Source of the DNA: Podarcis vaucheri
Lineage: Eukaryota
NCBI GenBank assembly: GCA_965113315.1
Contig: OZ220363.1
Direction: 5' to 3' (one strand)
DNA: 64,000 nucleotides
How positions within the stretch are numbered: the stretch's first letter is position 1; every line of letters starts with the position of its first letter. Position numbers and translations under genes: made by a program. Positions 12,411-25,673 of the stretch are shown piece after piece. The notes under the pieces are model-generated. The model was not told where the DNA came from, searched no databases, and saw only the letters and a list, made by a program, of their open reading frames with translations.

Positions 12411-12705
12411 AATCCAATTACATTTGCCAGATGACCTCTCACTTAAACGCCACCCCCAGAAATGAACAGTACAGAAGAAACCGATACCTAAACAGGGAAA
12501 AAGTAAACGAATAAAAACAAAGCTAGGTTGTGGCTTAACACGTATGAACAGCAGATTTAATAAAGATTCTGTAAAACAGTTTTGATACACTGCATTGAAT
12601 GTGTTTGCCACACTCATTGTCTAGTCTAGACTTTAACGGTCTGGAGTGTGCAGTCTGTTTGCCATAGTAATAAAAAGAAGAGGAGGAAAGGTGCTCAAAT
12701 CTTAC

Positions 12706-12810
12706 CTCACTGACCAAGTCCTTCACATGCTTAGCAAGTTTCAAGGCCGGTGTCTGATCCCCAGCATGGTGATGGGGTCTTTCCTTGGTTGCAAGTTCGA
12801 CGTACAAGTA
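12706..12810 (-). CDS. NEB: Nebulin exon, 105 nt (~exon 137)
   Basis: YLYVELATKERPHHHAGDQTPALKLAKHVKDLVSE. Confidence 0.95.
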
Positions 12811-13556
12811 CTGGAGAAAGAGAAGAACCATAAATTGTCAAATTATGCTCCACACACACAAGAGGCCTTGGATATAAGCAATTCAGTCCTTCGCTCACTG
12901 CTTTTTGCAAACTGAATAAGTATATTCCTGATACAGTATATCCATTCTGACTGGCAGCACCTCTCTGAGGTCTCAAGAAGAAATCCTTTATTGCCCTGTT
13001 ATCTTTAGACCATTTAATGAACGATGCTGACGAGACCTTCTGCACACAAGGAATGTGCTCTATCACTGAGCCACAGCCCCTTCAACTTAATTTTTTCCCC
13101 CAATTAATTTTTATTGATTTTTAAATTTTAACATCCAATTAATTCAAATTTAACATAAATTTTAAAAGTTGGTTTTCCAGCCCTTCACCCTTGATGCTTC
13201 TTCACCCACGCTCCTTGCTGCATTGTATAACAGTATTTTTATCTCTTTCCCAATTAAGACAAATAACATTCCTGGAGGTGGCAGACACCCTGAATAATCT
13301 ACTAGTTAATGGGGACAATTACAAAGCACAGGAAACCATCTAGGCTATGACAAAGGACAGGAAATGATTTGTAATTGTATCCACACAGTTTCAAAGCACA
13401 TATTGATGGGAGGAGGAAGAGCTCTGAATATATCCATTTTGATGTGCTGAACAGATTCAACAGTGGTAGTTGGTGCTGCAGTCACATGGCATAAGCTCCA
13501 GTAGGAGATGATACAAAATCTGGCAAGTTCTTCATTCCTTATTAGAAATGAAGAAT

Positions 13557-13705
13557 GGCCCTCCAGCTGTTTTGGGACTACAAAACGGCCCTCCAGCTGT
13601 TTTGGGACTACAATTCCCATCATCCCTGACCACGGGTCCTGTTAACTAGGGATGATGGGAGTTGTAGTCCCAAAACAGCAGGAGGGCCACGTTTGGCCAC
13701 CACTG
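13557..13705. mobile_element. Palindromic hAT-like MITE with internal 30-bp duplication
   Basis: ggccctccagctgttttgggactacaa x2, inverted arm ttgtagtcccaaaacagcaggagggcc; related to 55736-55871. Confidence 0.75.
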
Positions 13706-14498
13706 CCTTATTACTTTGACAACATTAGAAGAAGATTGGAGAACTGTGCCAGAGTTATGTTTTGACGAGGTTTCGATAATATTACAGTTAGTGTTGGGGG
13801 AGAAATTCAGTTCAGTTAGTATTTTTAAGTGAAATTAACTAAATCTCGCTTCCTCAAACGGTACTCAAAGCCAAAGACAGCTATCCTTTGAAAGCAGCAC
13901 TTCGCTGAATTTTGCAATGGAGTTTTCCTACCAAATAGTGGGCTGGTTCACACCCAGCACTAAACTAAACCGTGGCTAAGCTCAACACACATAGGCATGC
14001 AGGTTCCCAGAGTGGAGATTGCAATTGCATCGCTCCTGTTCTGTTCCTGTGGCTGCCGTAAGCCAAGACATAGTTTGGCTCCGCATGCTATTTAAACCCA
14101 GGCTCAACGTTGCAAAAACATATGTGTCAAGAGAAATGTGCGCTAAGATACTGACATATTCATGCAAAGGCAAATTGAGGTGGAAATATGGAAAACTGGA
14201 CTTAAGCTTGGCAATATGAGAAACAGACAGAAACCAAAGCTGACAGATTCGTCCATCCCCCTCTAAGTGCAATGGAAGTTTATGAACATATTGATTACCT
14301 ATCAATATTTACTAATTTGGGTGGAAACATTTGTTAAGGATATGGTGCTATCACAAAGACAGCTTGTATAATGAATGGGCAAGTGCAGGTTGCTTTGTAT
14401 CAGACGCCCCAGAAAATATCTAGAAAGAGTTGTGCATTATTGAATGAGAATTCCACATGTACTATTCAGCTTTATTTCTGTTCAGTAATGGTTCTTAC

Positions 14499-14603
14499 CT
14501 TACTCTGTAGTTTTTGCCCTCTTTTGGCCCTGTTGAAATCTGGTGTATCAAGGATAGATGTGTACTTGGTCTTTTGCTCCTTGCCTGCGGCTCTGTACAC
14601 AAG
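14499..14603 (-). CDS. NEB: Nebulin exon, 105 nt (~exon 136)
   Basis: LVYRAAGKEQKTKYTSILDTPDFNRAKRGQKLQSK. Confidence 0.95.
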
Positions 14604-15216
14604 CTAGAAAGAGAAACAACAATGCACTTTCGTCTTCCATAGCCAACCTTTACAGCACAAGCATATTAGAAAACAAAGAGAGTTAATAAGCCGACAGTGA
14701 GCAGAAGGAAGTCTGATGCGGTTGACTGACAGACTCTGTCCTTGCTGCTAACTGAACTGGCATAAGCTTATCACACCCCATTGTCATTTTTACTGAAAGC
14801 AGATTGTTGAAATTGCTGGATCTAACATAGCCACATCCATTACTTTCTGTGGTTCAACTCTGAGTGAATCCGAGTTGAATATCACCCAATGTGATTAGAA
14901 GACTTGACCCTCCACAAGTGCTTTATGACAGCTATTTGAAACGTCTACAAATCGCTGCATACAAGATATTGTTTTGATAGCTTGGTGTTCTTGTGCGGGT
15001 TCCCCACAGGCATCTAGCTGGCCCCTGTGAGAACAGGATGCTGGACTTGATGAGGCCATTGGCCTGATCCAGCAAGTTCTTCTTATGTTCTTACATTATG
15101 AACTTGGAGCTCCCTTGACATCACTGCTGCTTCTCACTGCCCTATTCCCATCCCAGCAAGTGGCAGCGCTGCTAGTGGGTGCCTGAAGCGCCATACACAC
15201 ACCCTCCACCTCACAC

Positions 15217-15362
15217 AGCTCAGTCAGTAAAGCATGAGACTCTTACTCTCAGGGTTGTGGGTTCAAGCCTCATGTTGAGCAAAAGATTCCTGCATTGTAG
15301 GTGGACTAGATGGTCCTTGTGGTTCCTTCCAACATTGCAGTTCATAATCCTATTATTCTATA
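15217..15362 (+). mobile_element. tRNA-derived SINE with CR1-like tail
   Basis: agctcagtcagtaaagcatgagactctt...gggttcaagcc head; ggactagatg...ccttccaac...attctat tail. Confidence 0.7.
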
Positions 15363-15587
15363 TGCTGCTGCTGGCTGTAAAACTAGCTCAGCCAAAATAT
15401 TCTGCATAGCATGAACCTTAACCGTGGTCTCTTGCTAAAGAACAAAGAACTTCCATCGTGCTTCTCTTCATCTGCAAGTCTACTTTAGAGCAGCTGCCGC
15501 AGAAGCACACTTAAAACGATCCAAGCATCCCTTTAAATTCACTTTAAAATGTTTCAGTGCAGAAAGGTTAAAGAACATCAGTCTTAC

Positions 15588-15698
15588 ATCACTCAAATGG
15601 GTCTTCAGCTCCTGAACGGTCCTGTAGACGGGAGTGTCCAGAACCACACGATATTTATCTTGTGACTTCTTTGCAGCTTCAGTGTAGACGTAATTAGA
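15588..15698 (-). CDS. NEB: Nebulin exon, 111 nt (~exon 135)
   Basis: SNYVYTEAAKKSQDKYRVVLDTPVYRTVQELKTHLSD. Confidence 0.95.
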
Positions 15699-17073
15699 CT
15701 GAAAAAGAAATGTGCTTGTGTCAAAAGAGCACGCAGTCTCCATCAGACAAACAACAAAACTTTGAATCCTAACAAAGAAGATTAATGAAGTCACAGCCCC
15801 TTGCTATAACTCCACAAGAATCTCTGGAATGTACAGGTTAACAGTACAGTGTAAAACATCACTTTAGTTGCTTTGTAAGTGGGCCATAACAAAACATCTA
15901 TTCAAACACATTAGGGTGGCTTCTGTAGAAAACATTAGAGCCAAGTCACTAAGCATAGAGCAACAATATCTTAAAATCTGCACCCATACATACAGTAGCG
16001 AACCTTGGGGCCTCAAATTTCAGTGGGATGCCAAAATTCCACATGCCCCTACTTCTCACCTTCCATTCTACATAATAGCTGTGGCACCCCATGCAACCAT
16101 ACTGATAGCTCTCCCCTAAATTTGCCTCTGATACATCTGCTTCTCTATAGCTGTAAATGGGAGGAAGTGGGGGAGGTGTGCTATGGAAGAGATACTAATC
16201 AGCACACACATTTGAAACTGTAGCTCATGATTTGGCACACACACTGGTTCTGTTAGTCCAGTTGTACCAGCAGAAACCAACACAGGAATGTAGTTTGCAA
16301 GTGGCATGTAGTTTGCAGGTGTTGGATTCACTGATTGCACACACTTGCTACTTGCAAAGGACAATGCCCATGTTCAGACATCATGGCAAGCCTGCTTACT
16401 ATGCACAACCCAAATCAAGCCGCCTTTGCTCTTGCTCACTCCTCCTGGCTTGTGCTAGGAGATAACAAACCATAATTCCAGAGATCATTGTTTTGTTTTG
16501 TTCCAATAAAGCACAATCAGTAAGCCAAGAACAAGCCTTGGCTAGAGATCATGGTTTCTTGGGAACAAAACAAACCATAAACCCTGGTTTGGATGTAACA
16601 GGAAGCCAGGAATTGTGGAGCAAAGCACAGCAAAGTGGGACTGATTTTGCTCATGCACAGTGTTTATGTCTTACCGTGATGCGTGAACAGAGTCAGTGAT
16701 GGGGTGGCACTTTTAGCTACTAATGAACATTATGACAAAGGACTGCTGTGGGATAAAGTGACCCAACACATCTAACCAAGCATAGGGCCTCACTTCCAAA
16801 AATAATGTCCACAGCATATCTAATGACCACACATAAACCTTGGTATGGCGTTGCCTAGTCTGATCTCATGTCCAGCATAGTACAGTTCACAGTTTATAGT
16901 GGGAAAGAACCTCACTTTTAAATATAAAAAGGTATAACTTAAATCAAGTCAAACCAATCAAACAACCAACAAAAAGCAACACTTGAAAATGGCAGTGTTT
17001 CACCTCTTGATTATTTGTCAGCAAAAAATCAAGGAGTCGTCCAACAGAGATGGTCATGGAAAAAGAAACATAC

Positions 17074-17172
17074 CCAGAGCTTGCGCAAATGTCGAGCACG
17101 GACCATATCAGGGGTATCATAGAGGAAGCAGCCCAGGCCTCTCAGCCACTGCAGATCAGTTTTATATTTAAC
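17074..17172 (-). CDS. NEB: Nebulin exon, 99 nt (~exon 134), WLRGLG motif
   Basis: VKYKTDLQWLRGLGCFLYDTPDMVRARHLRKLW. Confidence 0.95.
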
Positions 17173-17330
17173 CTGCCAAACAATGATAAGGATATGTAAT
17201 ACCATATCTATTACATAAATAAACCATCATATTATGTGTTATAATCATAGTGTTTTGAATAATTATGCAATAACTAAATAGTTTTAAAAGATGGCAAAGA
17301 AAAGATGAAAAAGAATATAGAATGAGTGCA

Positions 17331-17339
17331 TGACACAAA

Positions 17340-17383
<44 letters not shown>
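17331..17383 (+). repeat. (AC)n(AG)n compound microsatellite
   Basis: Direct reading. Confidence 0.9.
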
Positions 17384-17437
17384 AACTAAGTAAGAGTAGG
17401 AATTGAGCCACTAAAGCTACTAAGTCCAAAAGCTTAC

Positions 17438-17542
17438 ATCGCTTGTAATCTCTCCAACGTAACGGTTATGTATTGTCTCCGGTGTATATGGCAAGGAAAT
17501 CATGTGCCCCTGCATCTTAAAGAAGTCAGTCTTGTAGATCAG
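17438..17542 (-). CDS. NEB: Nebulin exon, 105 nt (~exon 133)
   Basis: LIYKTDFFKMQGHMISLPYTPETIHNRYVGEITSD. Confidence 0.95.
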
Positions 17543-17659
17543 CTGAGATACAAAAACAAAGGGGGTGGGTGGAGAATTAGGGTGATTTTCCCCCCATCAC
17601 ATCAGACATTACTGGAATTTGTCTATTTATTTAATTTTAAATGTATAAGAGAGACATAC

Positions 17660-17764
17660 ATCACTGATGGATTCCTGGTTCGTTTTCACTTGGCGAATTT
17701 CAGGCGTGTCGGGCGTGGTATGAATCTTATCCTTGTTTTTGTGATATACTTCCCTATAGAGCCT
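17660..17764 (-). CDS. NEB: Nebulin exon, 105 nt (~exon 132)
   Basis: RLYREVYHKNKDKIHTTPDTPEIRQVKTNQESISD. Confidence 0.95.
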
Positions 17765-18761
17765 CTGTAACAAAAGAGAAGGAGTTATTGCACATGGTGC
17801 TGAAACCAATAAAACAAAAGACACCCTGATCAAGAATTCCATGGCCTGCCTACCACTGCTGGGAATCCTGCAGGCAGTACTTCTGCTCACCCGCACATTC
17901 AGTTGGCAGAACATGCTGCTCTGCACCATCAGAGTGAGGCTGGCATTACTCCATGAATGGAGGCCAGCAGAGCTGAGTAGAGGGATATCTCAGCCCAATC
18001 CAGTCCCCCAGTGCAAAAGAGGTTTGAACTGCAACAGCAATTTCTTGGGAGTAAGCCCCATTGAACTCAGTAGGACTTACTTCTGAGTAGGCATGTGATT
18101 GTGCTGCAAAGTCTACCTTCGACAGCGAACATTTGTTTTCTTTCTTGCAAAACAACTTTCTATTTCTTTTGTTGATTCAAGTAAGTATGCTCCTTTAATT
18201 TGCACTCTGGAGCAAATTGGTTAAATTTTTGCCTGGTTATGGGATCTTCTCTGTTCACATTGCTTGGCCAGTTTGGCCAGGCTCTAAAATTTCAATGAGA
18301 GTGACTAGAATTGCACATTGGACACTGACCACCTGTAACAAGGAAATATACTGACCTCAGTAGGGAGAATACAACTACCATAAGTCTGTATCTCTTTCCA
18401 CCCAGGCCCAGGTAGTGAATCAGGAAAGTTGGAGCAGCATTGCCCATGAAGAAGGAACCAAAGAGTGCTTCACACTTGATCTCATGGGATCAGTGTAAGT
18501 GTGCCCCTTTCATTACATACCCCAATAACAAACATTTATAATAAGGGGAGAGTCATCTTTCAAGCTATATTTACATTTAAGCCATTAACTATAAAAAACT
18601 TACATGCTTATGAAGACATTTTACAGAACATGGGGTCCTGAGTGTCTGACAAAAATCATACCACGGTTTTATAATGAGTTGCATAAGATTCCAACAGTGA
18701 TCTTATTTATTTATTTTTGCATCATCAAGTACCATAAATACTTAAATACTATTCACATTAC

Positions 18762-18869
18762 CTCATTGAGAATTTTGTTGACTTTCCTTATGTTTACAAA
18801 TGGAACAGCTTTGGGTCCAAAATTGTAACCTTTATCCTTGATGTGTTCATAGACTTCCTTGTATTTCAG
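18762..18869 (-). CDS. NEB: Nebulin exon, 108 nt (~exon 131)
   Basis: LKYKEVYEHIKDKGYNFGPKAVPFVNIRKVNKILNE. Confidence 0.95.
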
Positions 18870-19169
18870 CTGAAATCATACCAAAAAAATTCAGAAAGAT
18901 GTGTATTTTAGACACAATAGTTGTTTATAATAGAACCTAAAAATGAAGTCATACCATTTAGCAGAACATGAATATATACTTACATCCATGCTAACTTTTA
19001 AGGTATCTAGGATTGTAGTTAAGCCCTCCTGCCCCTTTCCCGATACCTCCCCATTCCCTTTCCTTGCCTTATTAACCACAATTTTTGTAACTGGTCACGT
19101 ATCTATTTATTCATGCAACTATATTTATTTGGAACAGTAGTATGAGTTAAAAAATAATCCACCACTCAC

Positions 19170-19277
19170 ATAACTGCCAAGGTATTGGGCATGTTTAGCA
19201 TGCTTGAAACCAGGGGTATCTGGTGGGAGTTTGTATCCAGTGGGAAGTGCATGCCAGCCAGCTTTTCGGTAGAGACC
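19170..19277 (-). CDS. NEB: Nebulin exon, 108 nt (~exon 130)
   Basis: GLYRKAGWHALPTGYKLPPDTPGFKHAKHAQYLGSY. Confidence 0.94.
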
Positions 19278-19615
19278 CTGCCAAAGAAAAGAAAAGAAAA
19301 GAAAATTCATGACAATTTTAAATACTGATTTTGCAATGAAGTGCAACACTATGAATACATTCCCTCACAATTAGGTATTGAGCATTCATTCTCATTTGCT
19401 TGGGGGTGGTTATATGATATTGTGTCAAGCGGTGGCTATCCCATACTTCCTGTTGCTTTCCTTTCCACAAAAAAGTCTAGGGTGGTTGTTGTTGTTTTAA
19501 TGGATTTGTTGCACAAGAACACCAATAATTGCTCAACTTGAATTTTCAAGTATGCACTTGAACCCCACCCACAAAGCAGTAAAAATCTGGGGGTAGCTCC
19601 AACCCCAGCACTTAC

Positions 19616-19723
19616 TTCATTCTGTATCCTGTAAGCATGAGTTGCCCGCTCCAAATCCACCGTCTTATCTGTTGGAGTGTATTTCCCTTTGACATTGTGC
19701 ACATAGTCATGGCGGTAAACGGC
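19616..19723 (-). CDS. NEB: Nebulin exon, 108 nt (~exon 129)
   Basis: AVYRHDYVHNVKGKYTPTDKTVDLERATHAYRIQNE. Confidence 0.95.
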
Positions 19724-20330
19724 CTAAGGAACATAGAAAATGTAAAACTGGTGCTGAGTGATACAGTAAAAGCTTATGTGCTGAATATGAGCTGGGCATA
19801 CATCTGGAGAAGGCAAAGTATCAGTAGTAACAGTAACAATAATTTGTACCCTGCCCCTCTGACTGGGTTGCCCCAGCCACTCTGGGCAGCTTCCAGCATA
19901 TATAAGACCATAATAAAACATTACACATTAAACACTTGAATGCTGGGGTAGAGGAAAGGCACCATCCAACCACAGGGGTATTGTGGGGATTAAAGGAGGA
20001 AAAGTGAGAGCCAAGTACACCACTTTGAGTTCCTCAGAGAAAAAGGTGAGCCACCAATGCAATAAATAACTAAATAATAAAACCACGAGTAAAATAGGAA
20101 CCCGCGTACAACTGTAAACTGGATCTGGTGATTAAGGTGGGGGGGTGGCTATGAATGCTGACTGAATCTCTGAACAGGATACATAGCCTACTAACTAATT
20201 GGCTGATTTGATGTGCATTACTAAGGCACTGCTACTGTTGTTAATGAGAGCGTAATTGAAATGGGGGTGGGGGTGGGGAGGAACAAATATTACGATGAAG
20301 CTGCGGTGAACAGAAATGGAGATCCTTTAC

Positions 20331-20435
20331 CTCACTCAGATTCATGGCGCTCTGGACATTCTGAACATAGAGAGGTGTGTCGGTGACCACGGTGTAGTTG
20401 CTTTCCATTTTCTTGGCCTTTGACTTGTATTTCAA
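20331..20435 (-). CDS. NEB: Nebulin exon, 105 nt (~exon 128)
   Basis: LKYKSKAKKMESNYTVVTDTPLYVQNVQSAMNLSE. Confidence 0.95.
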
Positions 20436-21229
20436 CTACGAGAAAGAGAGAGAAAGCACCTGAACCTTCCCTTTCTCATTCCCACCACTGACTTTGTCAA
20501 ATGTCCCACCCATTCAGCAGCTTTTCTTAAGGCACTCCAACCAACCACTCCTCAAATATGCCAGCTATACCTGGCAGCTGCCCTGAAATAAGAAGCCTCT
20601 CCTCCAACTTCCCAAGAAGCTGAAGTAAAACTCCAAGAAGAAGAAGAAGCAGCAATAATGACAACAAAAACAATAATATGGCTGCCATGTTGTTTCAGTC
20701 TTGCCTTATCATCATAATCATCATCATCAAACCTTTTATTGGCATCACATACAAACAGCCAAAACAAATCAATACAGAATTACCACTTCCCCAGTGGCAC
20801 AAAACATTATCAGCTGACTATTGTATCCTGTATTCAGTTAATTAGCTTTTTGTTTTTAATATCAAAGGAAGTTGAAAGGTGGAGAAAGGAGATGTGTGTA
20901 TTCATATCTCACCTGAATTCAGGGGAGATAATTAAGTTTATTGTTAAAGCAGTGGTGCTTCTGCTTTTATAGTAGGGAAACCACAGCAAAAAAATTAAAA
21001 ACAAAAACAAATAGCAGATTGTTGTATTATGTATGTTTTACTGAGTGGCAAAAGCGTGCAAGGCTGACTGACAAAAGTGCAGTCCAATATAAAATACATG
21101 AAGCAGACAGCAGACAGCTTTCAATTCAACCTACTAACCATGCCCCCAAAATTGCTGTAAGAGGAGTTTGAAGGAGGGCTAGACAGGAAGCTTCAGAACA
21201 AGCAATTTGCTATCATAAGTTGTACTCAC

Positions 21230-21334
21230 GTCATTACGAAGGTCATAGGCATGTTTGGCATGGAGAATTTCAGGGGTGTCCCAGACAAAGCAACCTATGC
21301 CTTTGAGCCAGTTGAGGTCATCTTTGTACACAAT
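21230..21334 (-). CDS. NEB: Nebulin exon, 105 nt (~exon 127), WLKGIG motif
   Basis: IVYKDDLNWLKGIGCFVWDTPEILHAKHAYDLRND. Confidence 0.95.
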
Positions 21335-21837
21335 CTAAGATATTGGATTAAAAATAGAGAAGAGTGAGAATTTCATAGCAAAACATAGCAAACATTCATA
21401 CACAAATTAAGTAATTTAATCGTGATCGAAACTTTGCTACATAATGGAAACCAGCTTAGAGTGTTAGCATTAGTTTCCATTGGCTGCCATTATGTTATTC
21501 AATTTTCTCAGTACTTCTTTCTTCAGCAACCTGCGGTTTCCTCAAATTCCTGCTTTTCAGCCAGTTCCTATTTAGTCCTAGTAATACGACTTGTATTATG
21601 GTCAGGTTGATTCAAATGTCTGTCTGTCTGCACACAGACAGCAGGCGCATGAAAAACTGAAAACGCTTGCTGCAAAAACTTCCAGATTGAAACCCTGAAA
21701 AAGTTCTCTGTTCATTAAAAGCCCAATTAATTGTCCCTTTGAAGGCAAGCATGTCCTGCATCCACCAAAAAGGGGGGAGGGGACTGACGCCGGTTGAGAG
21801 GCAATGAACACAGCCTGTAAGCTTATAGATGTAGTTT

Positions 21838-22195
21838 AAAGGTAAAGGTACCCCTGCCCGTACGGGCCAGTCTTGCCAGACTCTAGGGTTGTGCGCCCAT
21901 CTCACTCAAGAGGCCGTGGGCCAGCGCTGTCCGAAGACACTTCCGGGTCACGTGGCCAGCGTGACATCGCTGCTCTGGCGAACCAGAGCCGCACACGGAA
22001 ACGCCGTTTACCTTCCCGCTGGTAAGCGGTCCCTATTTATCTACTTGCACCCGGGGGTGCTTTCGAACTGCTAGGTTGGCAGGCGCTGGGACCGAACGAC
22101 GGGAGCGCACCCCGCCGCAGGGATTCGAACCGCCGACCTTTCGATTGGCAAGCCCTAGGCGCTGAGGCTTTTACCCACAGCGTCACCTGCGTCCC
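21838..22195 (-). mobile_element. Sauria SINE, young CpG-rich copy of a different subfamily
   Basis: Full length, perfect 11-bp TSD agatgtagttt. Confidence 0.9.
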
Positions 22196-22293
22196 AGATG
22201 TAGTTTGTCACACCATTAATGCTCCTTTTCCTGTCATGTGCAAATATAAAATAGTTTATTCAAAGGCAGACCTGGTATCATTTGCAGACTTAC

Positions 22294-22491
22294 ATCACTC
22301 AGCTGGTCGTTGACTTTCCGAGCAAGAGCATTGGCATGAAGATCTGGGATGTTGGCCCATTCATGGAGACGGATGCGATAATCGATTTCACTGACTTTCT
22401 TCTGAGTGCTCTTAGCTGACACTATGTCCACCATGTCTGGTGCAATATGGATTTTGGCCTTGTTCTTTTCATAGCCTTCTCTATATAAGCG
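22294..22491 (-). CDS. NEB: Nebulin exon, 198 nt (~exon 126)
   Basis: RLYREGYEKNKAKIHIAPDMVDIVSAKSTQKKVSEIDYRIRLHEWANIPDLHANALARKVNDQLSD. Confidence 0.95.
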
Positions 22492-22508
22492 CTAGGGTAA
22501 AATAGAAT

Positions 22509-22544
<36 letters not shown>
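22509..22544 (+). repeat. (TAC)n microsatellite just upstream of the acceptor of exon 22294-22491
   Basis: Direct reading; reads (GTA)n, with repeated AG dinucleotides, on the transcribed strand. Confidence 0.9.
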
Positions 22545-23413
22545 AATTATTATTTCTTCTTACCCACCCTTTATCCTAAGGTCCCACAGCAGGTTACAAC
22601 AAATTATATATTAAAAACAGTCTAAAACAAATACAATACCAGGAGTTAGCTAACAACTAACAAACAATTCATGAAGTCATATCTGAGTAGGTCAGAATAT
22701 TAGCTTCCAGTATTTTTTTTATAATAATAATAATGGGAAGCTTCTAATAATGGGGGGGGGATATAAATAAGATATTAAACCACGTGAAGGGTGACAATCT
22801 GGCACAAGCATGACATCATGGGAAACTACAACTCTAAGGGGGAAAACAGCAGAGTGGAGTGCCTGCTTGACCCGTTTGGTCTTTAGTGATCTACATGCAC
22901 TTGTGTGAATGAAGGTGACCTATATCAACATATTGTTATAGCTCCTGGGTAAATCACCCTTTGTTAAGCTGATTATCTGATACCTGCAATGATCAGTTGA
23001 CATTCCCTGAATGGGTACAGCTAATGAATTGAAATTACTTTTTCCAACCCATCACCAAGTAGAGGGGCAGAAAACTATGATGTTGCAGTTTGAGCTGTTA
23101 AGAGAGACAGAGAGTTGGAAGTTCTTCTGCTGAACTACACCTGAGCAAGAAGCAGCCTGCAGGAGGCTACAGAAATCTGAGCAGTTGTTGTCTTTGTGAA
23201 TCTGATGCATGACTCGTGGTTGTGCTGACCACTATGACAGTCTCTTGCTTCCAATAAGTTCTCCTCTGGGCACCATAAGACCCCAGCGTGCTCTCTTCCA
23301 ATGAACACTAAATCCTGTAGCATAGCCTTTCAGTATCTAAAACCAGTTGTCTGATTAAAAAAGTGTAAGACGGCACTTTTCTTATCAGATGTTATATCAA
23401 AAATAAACCTTAC

Positions 23414-23527
23414 ATCAATATTCAGCTTGCCAACCCTTAGGCATCTGGCAGTGTTGGGATCATCCTGAACCCCTCTGGGTAGAGTGTAAAGGGCTTTAAA
23501 CCGATCATACTCCTCTCGATACTTTAC
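23414..23527 (-). CDS. NEB: Nebulin exon, 114 nt (~exon 125)
   Basis: VKYREEYDRFKALYTLPRGVQDDPNTARCLRVGKLNID. Confidence 0.95.
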
Positions 23528-23620
23528 CTATGTGGAAAAAGAAAATGGAAATCCAAGTTACTTAGATTGATACATCATTCGTACGACATCTTTAGGAATG
23601 TGTTGCTTGGGTACACTTAC

Positions 23621-23728
23621 AATACTGGCATTGTGCTTCAGTTCTTTGGCACGGACAAATGGCACAGCATCGGGAGGCAATGTGAAACCAGTGGCCTTCA
23701 CTTTATCCCAGGCGTCCTTGTACAGGTT
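23621..23728 (-). CDS. NEB: Nebulin exon, 108 nt (~exon 124)
   Basis: NLYKDAWDKVKATGFTLPPDAVPFVRAKELKHNASI. Confidence 0.95.
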
Positions 23729-24790
23729 CTGTAGAGGCAAGAATCAAAGCACAGCGGTCTATATATGCTACTATGCACTAAGGCCTTGTCTACACTGGAG
23801 CACCTGCCTGTCTCCCCATTAATGTAGGTGTGTCTACAGGACGTCCTCCCCATCAAAGGGTTCTCCTGTCCTCTTCTTTAAATGTGGGGCCTTCTGCTCC
23901 TGGGAAACGTTGAAATTCAAGGATTAAAAATCCCACATTTAAAGGGGGGGGCGGATCTGGGGAAATGTTGGGATGCAGAAGATGTCATGTAGATGCCCTT
24001 ACTGTTAATGGGGACAGGAAGGTGCAAATCCATATTTTGCTCTGGTGTAGACAAGCCCAAATTTTTTGAGCTGCTTTAGAGTCATCTTCTATGAGGCCCC
24101 AAAGCAGTAAGAACCATGAGTAAGAACCAAATATTAAGACACCTTTTCTGCCTTTTAAAGCAGAAAGGCCTAGAGCTACACGTTCTTTCACATAGTCAGG
24201 GAAGGAAACAATTGCTTCAATCCACACAAACAAAATGGATACTAAAAATCATGGCCTTCCACGCCCCAACTTAGAAAAGGCAACCCAAAAGGAAAGAAAT
24301 TTCAACACTAAACATCAAGCTCAGGCTTGATCTGTCATCCTTCAGGATGGGGAAATTCCATAATTTTTGGAGCAGGGCTGAAAAACTTCAGTTTCTCCTA
24401 AGTGTATTGTGATTAGCCACAGGTGGCAATTTCAAGAGGCATGCCAGATTGTACGGATGTAAACCCAGGTATGCTAGCCCCAAGTCATGCTGTGTTCCAA
24501 CATCAGGTGGAAACATACCCCTTTTGCTGGGTCCTCAGACAGCAGTAGCAATATGGTGTTAATCAGAGACCTGTATACTGTGAATTTTAATTGAAATAGT
24601 TCTAATCTGTGTACAGCACTCTGCATTGTTGCTACCTACTTTGGGTTAAGCCACCCTGACACCATGTGAAGGAAAGAAATAAATATTGGCTAGCATCCCC
24701 AGGTACTTATAGCTAAAAGAATTCCAAGATAAACCACCACCCAAAAACAGCCCATCTCATTAGCCCCTGAAAATAAAGTTTAACACTCAC

Positions 24791-24895
24791 ACTACTGAAA
24801 AGGTGCTTGAGGTTCTGAATCCTATCATGATCAACTGTTTCCAAAACTGTGGTATATTGGTCCTTCATTTTATGGTATTGTTCTTTGTATTTCAC
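24791..24895 (-). CDS. NEB: Nebulin exon, 105 nt (~exon 123)
   Basis: VKYKEQYHKMKDQYTTVLETVDHDRIQNLKHLFSS. Confidence 0.95.
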
Positions 24896-24981
24896 CTATA
24901 ATCAAAGGCAGATTCAGTCATTACTGTAGTTCCCTTTACAATTCAAGGGAAGGGAAGAGAATGAACCAGAGAATGACTTAC

Positions 24982-25086
24982 GTCGCTAGCATTGATACCA
25001 CTCTCGATAGCAGTCACATAAACCGGAGTGTCCATAACCACACCGTAGTTCTGTAAATTGTCTTTTCCTGCTTTTGTGTAGAGCAA
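24982..25086 (-). CDS. NEB: Nebulin exon, 105 nt (~exon 122)
   Basis: LLYTKAGKDNLQNYGVVMDTPVYVTAIESGINASD. Confidence 0.95.
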
Positions 25087-25673
25087 CTGTGAAACCAAGG
25101 CAAAAAGAAGGCATTAGGACAGAGAACAGCTACACTGGATTTTTAAGCAACTCTAAGCACACTGTGTAGCAATGGGATTCCTTCTTTGGCTTCTTTGAGG
25201 TCCCCTTGGCAGGTATGGGGAATAAATCGCCTTAATGTGCTACTAATCAGATGTGGTTTTTTAAAATGTTAGCTAGTGCACTTAGCACTTTCAAGGAAGC
25301 TAACGGCTGTTTTAAGTACAGTGGCTTGCTTTATTCTCTGGAAGGAAAGATGGCCGCTGTCATATTTTAATGAATTTATGCCTACATTTATCCACAAGTG
25401 GGAAATTCCAACAGTTCTAAGGACTTGTCTGATACTGAGTCAGGATGTAGTTCAGTACTGTCTATGACTCTGATTGAAAAGAGCTCTCTGAGGCCTGAGG
25501 CAGGCATCTTTCCTAATCCAGCTTCCCAATATTCTTTAGCACATCTATGAATGGGAAATGGTGCAAACCCCGAACTGATCAAATAAAGAAACCTTATAGA
25601 GAGACATGGTTCCCAGTTCCAGCACCACCACCACCACCACTATCCCTGTATTAGGCGAGATCCATTTGCTTAC

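Noticed and set aside
11948-12514. Overlapping 120-190 aa ORFs on both strands (also 48220-48550)
   Set aside because: They lie in GC-rich MITEs bounded by 8-bp TSDs; stop-codon scarcity follows from the GC content.
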